From assembly GCF_041146345.1 (NCBI RefSeq), contig NW_027191405.1:62001-126000 (forward strand): a stretch of 64,000 nucleotides of DNA. Direction: 5' to 3'. The stretch is from Neodothiora populina (lineage: Eukaryota). The notes under the pieces were generated by a model, which did no database searches, was not told where the DNA came from, and saw only the letters and a list, made by a program, of their open reading frames with translations. Below, piece after piece: positions 24,575-37,439 of this stretch. Position numbers and translations under genes: made by a program. Each line of letters starts with the position of its first letter. The first letter of the stretch is position 1.

Positions 24575-25959
24575 ATGGCTGCCGGGAAGAGAAGTCCACC
24601 TTTCAGAGCGGAGCATGTCGGCTCTCTGCTTCGTCCGCAAAGTCTGGTGGAGAAGCGCTACGAGGTGGCCGCAGGCAAGGCCTCTCAGGCTGATCTTGAG
24701 CCGCTCGAGGACAAAGCCATCGCAGATGTAGTCAAGTTGCAGAAGGACTGCGGCTTCGCTGCTGTGAGCAGTGGTGAATACGCCAGGTAGGATTAGTCCC
24801 GTCGTCTTGTAAACGAAGATATCTAACAAGCGAAGACACATGTTCTGGGGTACCTTCTTCGAGGAACTCAATGGCATGAAGGAGCTCCAATTGGGTGTGC
24901 TCAAGGGCTATGACGCATCCATGTTCCGTGACTACGCTCCTGATGTCAAAAGCTTCATGGAGGCCAAGGAGGTGCCCAACGCGGTCACCGTGTGTGTCGG
25001 CAAGATCAGCCATCCTGGACACAGCAGTTACCAACGTGAAGTCGGAGTCATGAAGAAGGTTGTCCCTGAGAGCGAATGGAAGAACATCAAGATCACAATG
25101 ATCTCGCCTAGCTGGTACCACTTCAGATACCGTGCCGGCCGTGCTTACCCAAGTGATGTTTACAAGAACGACGAGGAGTACTTTGCAGATGTGGCAAAGG
25201 CTTACCAGGCGGAGTTGAAGCTGCTGCACGCCGCTGGCATCAGGAACATCCAGGTCGACGATCCTAATCTTGCTTGTGAGTTTCCATTCCGAAGAACAGG
25301 CATATCCGGCAATCGCCTAACTAGATTCGTTCCAGACTTCTGCTCAGAGGCCATGCTCGAGGGCTGGGCTGCGGACAAGGGCAACACCAAGACCGCGGAC
25401 GAGATGTTTGACAGTTATGTCAAGTTCTACAACGCCTGCTTCGAGCGTCCTGACGATATGCATCTCGGCATCCATCTTTGCCGTGGCAACTACATTGGTA
25501 GCCGTCACTTCTCTGAAGGTGCTTATGACAACATCGCCAAAAAGCTCTTCCAGGTATGTTTCGTTTCTCAAGATATGTTGGATTTATGTGCTGATAGATG
25601 TGATGTAGGATCTCAATGTCGACACTTACTATTTGGAGTACGACACTCCGCGTGCAGGTGGATTCGAGCCGTTGACCTACCTTCCCAAAAACAAGACTGT
25701 TGTATTGGGTGTCGTTACGTCGAAGTTCCCCGAATTGGAGAAGCAACAGGATCTTGTAGATCGAATCGGCCAAGCGGCAGACTTCATCGCCAAGGGAAGC
25801 GGTCAAAGCCGCGAGGAGGCTCTTGATCAAATCTGCATCTCGCCGCAGTGCGGCTTCGCCAGTCATGCCGAGGGCAATGCTGTTACCCATGAGGATATGC
25901 GTAAGAAACTCGAGCTGGTCAGAGCGACAGCGAACCAGATCTGGCCCGGTCAAGCATAG
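24575..25959 (+). CDS. Cobalamin-independent methionine synthase-like protein (catalytic barrel only)
   Basis: RAEHVGSLLRP, GEY.R, IQVDDP, Zn-ligand motifs HLCRGN, LEYD, SPQCGFAS; three introns. Confidence 0.88.
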
Positions 25960-27133
25960 GTTTATGTTGGTTGGTGTGAGAGATTTCGCCCATGAGGGTT
26001 TGAATTTGTCCGCATCAAGAAAATCGGAAAATGGGAAAAGAGAGATATTCGGTAATGGTTTGACGAGTGTTGGGATTCTCTTGTACGTAGATAACGCCTT
26101 AGGAACTAAAATAGAAAAGTAAGGGAGGAAATATATATTGCAAGTCGTGAAGGTTTTGTTATGTGTTACAAAGAAAAATATGAGGTAAGATGAAACTTGG
26201 ACATGAGAAACTCGCAAAAGTGCATAACTATTCCAAGACAAAGCGACGTAAACTACAGAATCGGACACTCAGACAGTATCTTTCACGGAAAATAAATTGC
26301 TTTTCCTAAAGATAAGAGCGAATAGGAGTATTTGCCGATGAGAAGGGAAAAGTTCAACATGGAGCAACCTGGTCAGAAGGACAGGGTCCCCCTCGAATTC
26401 CAGGGCTGAATGCGACACTCGAAAGAACGGACCCCTCGCCTCGAGAGGCGGATATCGTGACCATTGGATGCTCTCCTAGAGACAGACGAAACGTAAAGTC
26501 GGCCTGCCCTCGGACTTGTGGGAGGGAGGAGACAATCTCAAGACGACAGCGCACACATAACATACGAAAGCAGACAATTGTGCTGCGTCTTTTGTCGCGT
26601 GAAGCACAAATGTACAGCCAAAACCAGCTATCAAACGCACGACTGGTACCCCGCTGACCCATGCCAAAAAATGGAAGGTAGATACAAGTACAGTTGGTAC
26701 TCCGTAGACAGCATCTGCCCCACATGAGAAGAGCCCCGAACGGCGTCAACAAGGCGAAACTACCGAAGGTTCGCAGAGCCGCCAGGTGTATCTACCCTAG
26801 ATGCCTTAATCGACCCTGATGCCTCGGCAGGCGGCCAAAACTCGACTCCGGCGCTATTCCGCTTCGACCCTGAAAAAACAGCTTGAGACGAAACCGTATA
26901 CTGATGACGGCATTTACCAAAAACAAATAGATATTGTAGGTGATGCACAGAAATCCAAAACACTTGCCCAGATGAACAGTTGATCGAATCGGTCCTATAA
27001 GAGAAGGAAAAAAGGACATAGAGAAAGGCAACGAACAAGCAATAATACCCAAGTCTTTGCAGTCCTCCACATGATACCTCTTGTTCCTCACTCTCGTTGT
27101 ATCAACAAGACTACTGCCGCTACAGCTAGTCCT

Positions 27134-28483
27134 ATGATCAAGTCGTACCGACTGTTTTCGCCTTCTTCTTTTTCTTCGTCGTTTCCGCCATGGAATTGTA
27201 GACGGCTCTCGACTCTGACGGGGAGCAGTAGACTTGAAGGGGTCATCGTCGCTTCCTTCGCTTCTGTAGGAGGAAGGCGAACATTTACTGTTCACCACTC
27301 CCTGAGACGACAAGAGCGGACGCTACAAGATGCGAGCCGTGATGCTATGAACGGCGATGGCGTAAAACCTATTTTCGCAAAGCCAGCTGCAGAGCCACCA
27401 ACGACACAAGCACAATCATCACAATCTCAAAATCAACAACAGCGCAAGGGGTCGAATCTCACGAGGATTGCCTTGCCCATCTTACTCTTGGGTGGCGCTG
27501 CGTACGCATACACAGCATACTTCGACTCTACTGGCGCTTCCTCGAGGTCGACCTCACTGAACAATTCGACATTCACGCCATTTCGCCTGGTACAGAAAGA
27601 AAAGGTCTCGTCGACATGTTCCACTTTCACTCTGGAGCAGCAGTCGGCGACGACAGATGCCATCAACGACATGTGGAACTCAAGTAAAGTAGGAGTCTGG
27701 AGTATCGACATCAAACAACCGCAATTGCAAATTGCCAGGTCTTACACGCCGCTACCGCCTGTCGTTGAGGCTCCGTTGCAAAATAATAAACTACGTCTTC
27801 TCGTTCGGAAAGAGCACAAGGGAGAAATGTCCAACTATATCCACAACACGCCTGACCAAGGCACTCTCGAACTGAGAGGTCCCGCTGTCGAGTTTGAGTT
27901 GCCGCCAAACGTTGAGCGAGTTGTCTTTCTTGCTGGCGGCACGGGAATCGCTCCTGCCTTGCAGATTGCGCATGCCCTGCAGCACTCTCAGACACCCGCA
28001 CACGTGACCGTCTTGTGGGCAAATCGGAAGAGAGAGGATTGCACAGGAGGAAAGAGCGACACGAACAACACATCCAGCAATATGTTTACTGCATGGTTTC
28101 GGAAAAATGATGATGCTTCTTCTGCAGCCTCATCTAATGCCGTGGTTCGACAACTCGACTCGCTAAAACTTGCAAGTCTCGACAATCTCACAGTACATTA
28201 TTTCGTTGACGAGGAAGGAACATTTGTCAAACCGAAAGACGTTGCGTCAAAGTTGCAGCTGCAGCGGCAGTCTCGGCAGGAACAGGATCATTCACCCCAT
28301 CCGTCTACAACTCCTTCGCAAGGTCAGAACATCATATTTGTTTCCGGGCCTGAAGGATTTCTCAACTACTGGGCTGGACCCAAACAGTGGAAGGATGGAC
28401 GCGAAATCCAGGGTCCCCTCGCTGGTGTCTTGTCACAATTCCCACAAATACGCTCCGACGCTTGGAAAGTCGTCAAGTTATAG
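27134..28483 (+). CDS. Mitochondrial Cyc2-like FAD/NAD(P)H oxidoreductase (cytochrome b5 reductase fold)
   Basis: Presequence-like N-terminus, one TM segment, QLQIARSYTP, GEMS, LRGP, LAGGTGIAP, VSGPEGF; start uncertain (27071, 27134 or 27348). Confidence 0.8.
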   Translation: MIKSYRLFSPSSFSSSFPPWNCRRLSTLTGSSRLEGVIVASFASVGGRRTFTVHHSLRRQERTLQDASRDAMNGDGVKPIFAKPAAEPPTTQAQSSQSQNQQQRKGSNLTRIALPILLLGGAAYAYTAYFDSTGASSRSTSLNNSTFTPFRLVQKEKVSSTCSTFTLEQQSATTDAINDMWNSSKVGVWSIDIKQPQLQIARSYTPLPPVVEAPLQNNKLRLLVRKEHKGEMSNYIHNTPDQGTLELRGPAVEFELPPNVERVVFLAGGTGIAPALQIAHALQHSQTPAHVTVLWANRKREDCTGGKSDTNNTSSNMFTAWFRKNDDASSAASSNAVVRQLDSLKLASLDNLTVHYFVDEEGTFVKPKDVASKLQLQRQSRQEQDHSPHPSTTPSQGQNIIFVSGPEGFLNYWAGPKQWKDGREIQGPLAGVLSQFPQIRSDAWKVVKL

Positions 28484-29048
28484 ATCTAGCAGTACTCACA
28501 TAAATACCTCTCACTTTGTTATCTATATCTTGATGGAGATCCCGCGAACGCACTCAGCCTCAATGACTCGGTCCTTGTCAATGCATCAGATCCTGTGGGG
28601 TCTCATCTGTTTCACTCCACATCTTCTTATCTCCAATTTCATTAATTAAGCGCCCCACTCCAACAAACTTCTCGCTTTACCCTCTGAGGTATGGTTGGTC
28701 ACGTCCACTAACCAATTTGGTGGCATCTTGTCTGTTTTTCCGCCTATCCAAGCCTCCGACCCCCTTCGTCTTGAATCCTTCCTCTGAATTCCTTCCACAA
28801 CCAAACACAATCCCCATCGCATCCGGCCGACTCTTTTCCCAATAGCGGGAGAAAAATGGCCTCACCGCAGCCACCCCTGCTGCCAGAGCGGTCGCTTCGA
28901 TGTTTTATCGTTCGCGCCCCTTCGCGCACAGAAGTCCTTTCTGTTGATCCACGGACGCATCATCATAATCATCAGCATCGGCATTAGGAATCATCGATTT
29001 GTTAGACCATCTTCGATCGTCCTGTGGCTTGTACATATATACTTTGCT

Positions 29049-30835
29049 ATGGAGTCGACCACCAACCATCTCAATGAAAAGGGTGTCTCCCTCACTGTCA
29101 CACAATCCGCGCCCTCACTGCCCGACCCCGAGGCTCGCCCAGCATGTTTCACGTCCACTGTGCAGGAGGCACTTTTTGTGCTGGTTGTGACCATGTCCAT
29201 AGCCATGGCGTCTTTCCTGGCCGGCACTGTCACTGTGATATCGACCTTTGTAGGCAAGGGACTCGGCATGACCACCGCTGAAATTGTCTGGATGAGTTCG
29301 GCCGCGTCGTATGTTTATGTTCTTGCTCCTTCTTTCTCGTAGAGAAACAACCTGATTGGAATTCAAGTCTCGCGGGCGGTGCCTTTCTCCTATTTTTCGG
29401 AAAACTCGCCGATGTGTGCGGTCGTAAACTCCTGCTTCTCGTCTCTCTGTTCTGCTTCTCCTCATTCGCACTCGGCTCCGCTGCGACAAAGACTGCCATC
29501 ACTCTCGATGTGCTCAATGGTTTCATGGGCCTCGCCACAGCTTGCACCGTGCCTGCGGCTTTGGGCACATTAGGCGCTATATACGAGAAGCCCAGCAAGA
29601 GAAAGAATTATGCCTTTGCATGCTTGAGTGCTGGAAATCCAATCGGGTTTGTGTTTGGCACCATCTTCAGCGGTGTCGCCGCCAACATCGGTGGTCCTCG
29701 AGCCAGTCTGACCGTGCTGTCCATAATCTATTTTGCCGTCACCTTGACCGCATTCTTCATTGTCCCAAATGACTCGGCTGTCAAGCAGAAATTGACCTGG
29801 GAAACTCTTAAACAATTCGATCCTGTCGGCGTCCTGCTGACAATATTTGGCATCGGCATGTTCTGCGTCGCTCTGTCGTCTACTGACAATGCTCCTCAGG
29901 GATGGAGAACTCCGTATATCCTAGTGTTGCTGATCCTCGGTCTGGTAACCATCATCGCGTTTGTCGTCTGGGAGACATACACCACCTATCCCTTGATCCC
30001 CATGTCTATCCTCAGAGACCGAAACCTATCTCTTATCTTGGGAACCATCGTCCTCGGCTCCATGTCCTTTCCGGTCACCACCATCTTCCTAGCTATGTTC
30101 TTCCAGTCTGTCTGGGGAATGTCAACGCTCTCGACCGCAGTTCACTTGTTGCCCATGGCGATCACTAGCATCATCGTCAACGGGTTCGCAGCCATGATGC
30201 TGCACCGCGTCAGCAACCGCCTTCTAATGATGTGCGGAGTCTGTGCCTACGCCCTGTCCCTCGTGCTCTTCGCCCTGAATCGCCAAACAGACACATACTG
30301 GTCCTTCTGCTTCGTCGGGCTCGTCGTCGCCATCATCGGCACAGATCTGCAATTCAACGTCGCGAACATGTACGTCATGTCCTCGATGCCGCGCGCGCAA
30401 CAGTCTGTCGCTGGGTCGATATTACAGACGGTCGGCAAATTGAGCCAGAGTGTGGGCTACGGCATTGGCACGGCGGTGTTCAACGCCGTGCTCGCGAACC
30501 CGTCCCTGGGGTCATATTATGCGAAGGATAAGGTCACTCAGCCGTATGCGGCTGTGTTTTGGTTCGCGGCCGCGTGTGCGGGCGTGTCGCTTGTTTTGGT
30601 TTGGTTTTTGACCATTGGCACTCAGGGGAATCATGAGAAGACTGAGGATGAGCATCGTGATGGGGATGTCACGGTGGTTCACGATGTTGACAGCGAGGAG
30701 AAGGTGAATGGAATGGGTGAAGAGACATTGACGAAAAAGGGGTTTGAGGTCGATGTGCAAGAGGAGAGCGCGGTGAAGAAAGACGGATCTGAGAAGGGCA
30801 AGGTTCAGGACCCGATATGGATCGGAGAGGACTGA
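29049..30835 (+). CDS. MFS drug:H+ antiporter (DHA2, Atr1-like)
   Basis: RPACF..TVQE; one intron near 29308-29367; FGKLADVCGRK; D.VG..L; many TM segments. Confidence 0.88.
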
Positions 30836-31269
30836 ACCATCTTCTTATTCTCCTTATTCGGCGTCTTTCCTTCATGGAGCTTGTGCTTTCTCTGCGCCTA
30901 ATCGCTTTTCGTTTTGGCGCAGATGATACGTTGTGACTCTCAGCATACAACCTTTCTCGTTCGCTCTGCATCTGGAGGACTATACGTTTATTGATGCTTT
31001 CAGATAGATATATGCTTACATAGATGATCAAATTGAAGTATTTACATGGCAAGACCGAGTTGAAATCTAGAATTGCCTCGACCAATAATCGCTAATATAT
31101 ACATGAATATGCGCAATATCCTATAGAGGCCGGTCAGAATAAATGAAAAAAGACTCTGGATGTCTTTGTCACGGGTTCGTTATCTTTGGTCTCTTCGTCT
31201 TGCGCTCGCCGTTAGATCCGAGAACATCGCCCGAGATTCGTAGATCAGAAGATGATGCAGATGAGACGA

Positions 31270-34200
31270 TCAAGCGTCGTGCCACGCCTTCCTGAAACCC
31301 CTCTTGAACTTGGTCCACCCTTTCGCGCCGCCATGCTTCTCCTCCCTTTCCTGACTTTCCTCCTCTTGGACATTATGCTTAGAGACAATGCTCAGAAAGA
31401 CTTGGTCGAGAGTCGCTTGACTGACGGCGTAGAACTCCATTCCTAGCTTTGTCTTTGCTTGTTCGAGGGATTGGAAGAGAGTGCTGATTGTTGGGTTACT
31501 GTTGTTGGTCCTGTTTTGTCTCTTGTCTGTGCTTGCGGTGTCGTTCGTTGGGGTCGGAATAAGTGTCGTTCTCGTCATGGCTTCTTTCTTGGTCATATCC
31601 TCGTCTCTTATCGTGTCGTTGTCGTTGAGGGAAGACACCGATCTTATGTCGACGATGCCTGCCTCGTTACTGTTCTTTACACCGGGCCGGCGAGCGTGGT
31701 GATGGTTGGGGACGCTGAACCTTACCTGACCATGGAAGGATCGATTTTCGAGCTCCGCTGTAGGAAAAGTGTCTCTGACCCATCCCTTGATAGCGCCAAT
31801 GTCCTCGTCGCACGTCAGAGGTGCATCCTTGTGGACCAGATGGACATAGTACGCGTCTCCGTGTTTGCTTCTCAGCGAATCTGCGGTTCCCAGGGCAAGC
31901 ATTCTGCGAGCCATGATGCCCACTCTATCGGCCAAAGCATCAGCTTCTTCCATTGAGTGGGTGGTTAGAACAAGACTACGACCTGCAGATACTGCGTTAA
32001 GTGTTCTCCACATGATTCGTTTCGCCGCAGCATCCATACCCGAACTGCCTTCGTCAACAAGTAAGACGGTGGGGTTTCCAATCAGCGCAATACCCAGACT
32101 CAGTTTCCGCTTGTTGCCACCAGACAGCTTAGACGCCATGCGACCTCGAAATGGTGTGAGACCAACGGCCTGCATGACGCGCTGTACGTTAAACTTCACG
32201 TCGGAAACACCGCGTGCCCGAGCATAAAAGTACAAGTGCTCTTCTGCAGTCATGGAGTCCATGGCATCAAATTGTGGACAGACGCCCTCGTGGACACGAG
32301 CTGCGGCACGATGTTTGACAATGGAAACATCCTCAATGAAGATGTCACCCTCTGATCCTGTGGGATGCGTGTCGCCCCTGACGAGACCAATAGTGGTAGA
32401 TTTGCCTGCACCGTTTGGTCCCAGTAGAGCAAAGATTTGTCCTCGCGGTACTCCAAAGGAGATGTCATCCACGGCCAGGTTTTCTCCATAGACTTTGCTG
32501 ACATGGGAAACACGTAACTCGTCATTGCACGAGTCGACGCGCACAGCTTCATCATGCACTTCGGAGTCGACCGACTCGCTTTCTTCAGCATCTTTCGTTT
32601 TGTTGACTTTTCTATTCAAGAATCCAGGTCTCCAGCCGCTGTCATAAGCCACCAAGAACAAAAGCAGAAGAAGGCTCTGCACGATGAGGTAAAGAATCGG
32701 CCCACCATAGACTTTGATATCACCAGGATAGGAGGCGATATGCCGACCTCTGCAGAGAAGCGAGAACTCGTTGAAGGTGAGCAATAGCGAGCGCAATAGA
32801 TTTCCGGACGGGGTGACGATGGAAACTGTGAAGTGCGCGATTGTAACCCAGGAGTCGATGCTGGCAGTCGGTGCGTATGTGATGATACACATATAAGCCA
32901 CGAAATATATCAAAAACATCGAGCATTGCATACCGGCTGCGAAAGCGAAGGCTGCAAGCTGACTTGTGACAAACAATGAGATGACATAGCTGCACAGGAG
33001 TGCTGCCAGCCCGTAAAGGAAGAAGACGACGAAGAGGTATCCGGGATTGTACAGCGCGCTGGACACCGAAGAAAACATGATGATGGTGACGACACTGACA
33101 ATCAGGACAAAAACGAAGTCATACACTGTGTATGCAAGCCAGAGAGGAAGAGCTCGAACACCGTTCGACCAATGCAAAGCTCTGATCTTGCCGATGCGCT
33201 CGCTTGTGGGATACAAAGCAAAAAAGCCAGGATAGGCACACATGGCCAGGCCAAAGTATAGAATGAACTGAAGAGTGTCACCAGCTCCGGGAGCCCAAGG
33301 AACATCAAAGGTTTGGTACGCCGTGACGATGGGCAAATTACCGATGATACTGTTGTCCAGCAGATTTTGTGTAAAGATCGCATAAGTTATGGCATAATTG
33401 CCACGCCATGCAAATGTGGAGGTTCCGGCACTATCAACGAAGAATCCTCCTGGAAAGACAGAGCTGTAGTTCGTCCTGACATAAGCCTCAAGTCCAGCTA
33501 GAGAATCTACAGGTCGCAATGAATTGGCCAGCATGGGATATAAACGACTAATCAAGTCAACAGGTACTTGAGAACTGGACCCATATGGTATGTTTGCAGG
33601 TGTAGTCGTAGTCTCGAATGATTCAATGTCAGAGGTCGAGACTTGAGCATCCGGTGAGCACGACAACGCTCTGAAACCTTGCAGGAAAAGCGTGACGAGT
33701 CCACCAGTAATAATGGGTATGAGAACAGCGGCGGCGTATGGCAACCAATTACGACGAAGAATGGTCAACCGTTTGCGGAAGAGAACCCAGGCTTGAGCCA
33801 GGGCTGAGAGTCGTTTTCCCTTTGCGAGCTCTATACCCTTCTCGCCGGATTGAACAGAGGCGAAAGATGTCAACGGATCTGAATCGTCTGACAAAGTCTT
33901 GTCATCTTGCACCTCCGGTGCCAGCTTGAGGAAGACATCCTCAATAGTAGGGCCGCTCACACGATAATCTTGGGTGCCTAGATCTTCAAGACGTGCAACG
34001 AATGCAGCAGCAGCACTAGAATCAGGCAGATTAAAGACAACGTGATCCGAGTGCACACGCTTTGGCATGTCGGCCCATCCTTTTGGTTCCTTGAAGTCGG
34101 CTCCAGCTGTGTATATCTTGCATCTATAGCCGCCACCAAGTTCGTGTTTCAAAGCAACAGCGGAACCACCTGCGACCTTGCGACCCTTGCTCAGGATAGT

Positions 34201-36186
34201 GATGTGGTCAGACAAGAGGTCGGCCTCGTCGAGGAAGTGAGTTGTGAATAGCATGGACCTTCTGCCACGCTCAGCAAGAAGGATGTCCCAGATCTTTCTC
34301 CGAGACAGGGGGTCGAGGCCGGAACTGACTTCGTCAAGTAGACACACGCCAGAGTCACCGGTGAGCATCATGGCGAGTTGAAGCTTTCTCTTTTGTCCTC
34401 CCGATAGCGTCTCAGAGCGAGCATTGATCTTGTGCGGCAGATCGCAAGACATCAGTAAAGTCTTGTGCTTCTCTGGCGTATCCCTTTCCTTGTGGTCCAG
34501 AGTCTTTAATTGGTTGAATATTTGCACATGCTCTTCACACGTAAGAACGTCCCAGAGCACGTTCTTCTGAGGACAGAGACCAACACCTTTGGCGTTGATG
34601 TCGATGGACCCTGTTGTTGGAGTCTGAAGACCAGCAAGCATATCCATTGTAGTCGACTTTCCGGAACCATTGGCACCCAAGAGGACATGTATCTCGCCAT
34701 GTCTGATGTCGAGGTCAAGGTCATCAACAGCCACGACTGTTTCCTTGTTGGACTTCCGAAGCCGAGACCAGACTTTGCGATGCCACCATCCTGGAGGATA
34801 CTGTTTGCCCAAAGACCTTATGGTGACAGTGGTGTCGGTATCAGCAGCTGAGTATGACATGTTTCTCGCCTTTGAGGCGGTTCCATATAATGCGCGCTCG
34901 ATGAAGGCTCCTATTAATGGATAGGCGAATATCTGTATGATGCAAAAGATGAAGAATACGTATCCGGGTAAGCTCCAGGGTGCTCCAGGTGGGCCTTGGC
35001 TTAGCTTAGCTGGCAGACTGCGTTTCTGCCAGTAGGCCATGTATATGATGAAAAGCACGAAATTCATCGGAGGGAAGATCAAGCTTAGAATTGCTATTCC
35101 ACCTGTGCCTTCGGGAGTCTGTACTTGTACGATGATGGCCAACACTATGGATACAATCGTGACAGTAATTCCAGAGAGTTGGGCCTTCCTGAAAAGACTC
35201 GCAAATGCGATTGACCAGCTGGACAATGCCAATCCAGAGACGATGAAGTAGCCAACCATGATTCCCGTATTTGAGAAGGTGTAGTTGAGCTTTGCGTCAA
35301 TTACAGCCATTAAGACCCAACTTGGTGCGTACAGTATGTCGAAAGCAAGATGCATCGATAGGATACGCGCTGCTTGCGGTTGCCACCTTGCTGGATTCGG
35401 CATCATAGACTCAATCAGAGACGACATGCCTATCTCTCTCTCGATGGCCATCTGACCGGTCAATTGGTAACAAATACCGACGATTCCGATAAAGTAGGCA
35501 ACACCAAGGATCGAGATGAGCGTTCCCATGTATAGTCTTGTCACTTGTCGATCGCGTTCTGCGGCTGTTTGACTGGTGAAAGGGTATTGGTTGGGTAGTG
35601 GCAGAGTAGCGCCATTGGTCGATGCGATTGCTGCGTCCACGGCATGCTGCAGCGGGAGAGCATATATCTCAGCATCATTGGTCCCACTGTTGACATAGAT
35701 CTTCGAACCAAGAGATCCATCCGCCCTGAGCGTGTAATTCCAAACATTGCCTCCTTGGGTAGGGGAAGAGTGGAAGTTGACTGCCGCGAAGCACGGGGAG
35801 ACACCTCGTACAGAACTCTCGCAGATGTCAAGTAAGGCGACATCATCACTGACAGTCACTGGAGTTTTACCTCGAGCCTGGACAGTGGACGACAAAGTGG
35901 CAATAACATCCCCAATGTCACCTGAAGAAAAGCCATTGTTGATAAACACTACTGTATCCCGTCCACCAGTCGAGGCCGCCAGTGCATCTGCGAAAGTTCT
36001 GAGTAGAGCAGGCGATCCTACACCGAAATCCGATGGGGGCACGAAGAAGTTCTTAGCATAAGAGATGAAGAACATGAAGATGATCGGTGCAAGAAATGCT
36101 CGGACCGTCGTTGAGAACCAGTGACGGCCCAGAACTATGAGGAGGTTCTTCTTCGTAAGAGTCCATGTTTGCTGTAGGAGAGCCAT
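31270..36186 (-). CDS. Full-size ABC transporter, ABCA subfamily
   Basis: Intronless; QQTWTLTKKN start; two NBDs (GANGSGKS / LSGGQKRKL and GPNGAGKS / LSGGNKRKL); TLDQVFL. Confidence 0.92.
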   Translation of the reverse strand: MALLQQTWTLTKKNLLIVLGRHWFSTTVRAFLAPIIFMFFISYAKNFFVPPSDFGVGSPALLRTFADALAASTGGRDTVVFINNGFSSGDIGDVIATLSSTVQARGKTPVTVSDDVALLDICESSVRGVSPCFAAVNFHSSPTQGGNVWNYTLRADGSLGSKIYVNSGTNDAEIYALPLQHAVDAAIASTNGATLPLPNQYPFTSQTAAERDRQVTRLYMGTLISILGVAYFIGIVGICYQLTGQMAIEREIGMSSLIESMMPNPARWQPQAARILSMHLAFDILYAPSWVLMAVIDAKLNYTFSNTGIMVGYFIVSGLALSSWSIAFASLFRKAQLSGITVTIVSIVLAIIVQVQTPEGTGGIAILSLIFPPMNFVLFIIYMAYWQKRSLPAKLSQGPPGAPWSLPGYVFFIFCIIQIFAYPLIGAFIERALYGTASKARNMSYSAADTDTTVTIRSLGKQYPPGWWHRKVWSRLRKSNKETVVAVDDLDLDIRHGEIHVLLGANGSGKSTTMDMLAGLQTPTTGSIDINAKGVGLCPQKNVLWDVLTCEEHVQIFNQLKTLDHKERDTPEKHKTLLMSCDLPHKINARSETLSGGQKRKLQLAMMLTGDSGVCLLDEVSSGLDPLSRRKIWDILLAERGRRSMLFTTHFLDEADLLSDHITILSKGRKVAGGSAVALKHELGGGYRCKIYTAGADFKEPKGWADMPKRVHSDHVVFNLPDSSAAAAFVARLEDLGTQDYRVSGPTIEDVFLKLAPEVQDDKTLSDDSDPLTSFASVQSGEKGIELAKGKRLSALAQAWVLFRKRLTILRRNWLPYAAAVLIPIITGGLVTLFLQGFRALSCSPDAQVSTSDIESFETTTTPANIPYGSSSQVPVDLISRLYPMLANSLRPVDSLAGLEAYVRTNYSSVFPGGFFVDSAGTSTFAWRGNYAITYAIFTQNLLDNSIIGNLPIVTAYQTFDVPWAPGAGDTLQFILYFGLAMCAYPGFFALYPTSERIGKIRALHWSNGVRALPLWLAYTVYDFVFVLIVSVVTIIMFSSVSSALYNPGYLFVVFFLYGLAALLCSYVISLFVTSQLAAFAFAAGMQCSMFLIYFVAYMCIITYAPTASIDSWVTIAHFTVSIVTPSGNLLRSLLLTFNEFSLLCRGRHIASYPGDIKVYGGPILYLIVQSLLLLLFLVAYDSGWRPGFLNRKVNKTKDAEESESVDSEVHDEAVRVDSCNDELRVSHVSKVYGENLAVDDISFGVPRGQIFALLGPNGAGKSTTIGLVRGDTHPTGSEGDIFIEDVSIVKHRAAARVHEGVCPQFDAMDSMTAEEHLYFYARARGVSDVKFNVQRVMQAVGLTPFRGRMASKLSGGNKRKLSLGIALIGNPTVLLVDEGSSGMDAAAKRIMWRTLNAVSAGRSLVLTTHSMEEADALADRVGIMARRMLALGTADSLRSKHGDAYYVHLVHKDAPLTCDEDIGAIKGWVRDTFPTAELENRSFHGQVRFSVPNHHHARRPGVKNSNEAGIVDIRSVSSLNDNDTIRDEDMTKKEAMTRTTLIPTPTNDTASTDKRQNRTNNSNPTISTLFQSLEQAKTKLGMEFYAVSQATLDQVFLSIVSKHNVQEEESQEREEKHGGAKGWTKFKRGFRKAWHDA

Positions 36187-37439
36187 GTGGACAGGGGCGA
36201 AGACAGAAATTATTGAGGTAACGATATCAAAAGTGCCACATTTGCGTGGATGCGGTGCAAGATCTAGTTGTATGGAACAATCATATTCCGACACTCATAC
36301 ATGAAACATTGATAAAGACAGTATAAACAAAGTGTGGTATCCAGAAGAAGGCAGTGAGATTCTTGATTTCAAGACGGAGGTCGTACATACCAGGATACAG
36401 GATGTGAAGCTACCAAGGGAGACATAACGTACACTTTGTCTTGGACAAGAGACCAAGCCTCTTGAGGAGGCGAAAGTAAAGGTGTTGACGACACCTGCCG
36501 AAAGTGGCGTAGTTTGAACACGGTTTAGCCTTTCTTCGCCATATTACAGCCAATCAAAGACGATGTTGAACGATTTACCTAATGTCAAAGCAGACCTCCG
36601 TCCACCAATTTCTTTTCGCTGTTAAAACAAACGCTTACGTGAACAACATGTTGGCGGAAAGTGAATTTTGATTCGTGTCCTCGCCTGTTCGAGAACATCT
36701 GTTTCATAACACATACAGTACTTGGACGGTCGGTGATGTCGTAGGATGCAATATTGCCAAGGCGACAAGCGGGTTAGGAGGACTTGGAGACTGCTTGGCC
36801 CGGCTCGGGTACAGAGGCATGCATTGTGGTTTACACTCCGAGTGCATCGAGGAATCCAAATCAAAATGTGTTTTATGAGCCTGACTATAAACATTGTTTC
36901 GTGTCGCCACGAGTCTTCGAGAATTATTCGCCACAGACAAAATGATGTACCATCACAAGTATGGCTGTGCTCGAGTAATGGTATACAAGTAATGGTATAT
37001 ATGTGGCGATGAAGACTCGGTCGTGACTTGACCCGGGTTATATAACCGGTTCGCGACGGTATTCTTGCGGTCTATACGACGATTTGACTTGTGGGCTCTT
37101 ACGTTGGCATGTTCAGTCATTGGCAGGAAGGGTTTATAGCAAAGTATTTTATCTAGCAGGACCACCAACTACTCTCACCCAGTGCACCTGCCTTTCCCGC
37201 TGGCATCAACAATGTAGGTCATCCTCATGCGGCGGGGGCCTTGTCAACCTGTGACTCCGGTATAATAAATGATAGTCCTGGTTTGGAACAACCCGAGATC
37301 TTGTTTGAGACTACCTTGTCACTATCCTACTCCCGACCATTCACCCAGATCCTATTTCACGTGTGAGACGGACATTGCAGTTTCCATACAGCCTATTCTA
37401 TTCCAAGATATCCACGAGCAGCTGTTCGCAGAGTATACT

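Noticed and set aside
25420..26268. 282-aa minus-strand ORF
   Set aside because: Non-ATG start, antisense to the MetE-like gene and its 3' UTR, no motif
28472..28483. C-terminal VKL of the Cyc2-like protein as a PTS1
   Set aside because: Non-consensus first residue, likely part of the reductase fold, and the N-terminus looks mitochondrial
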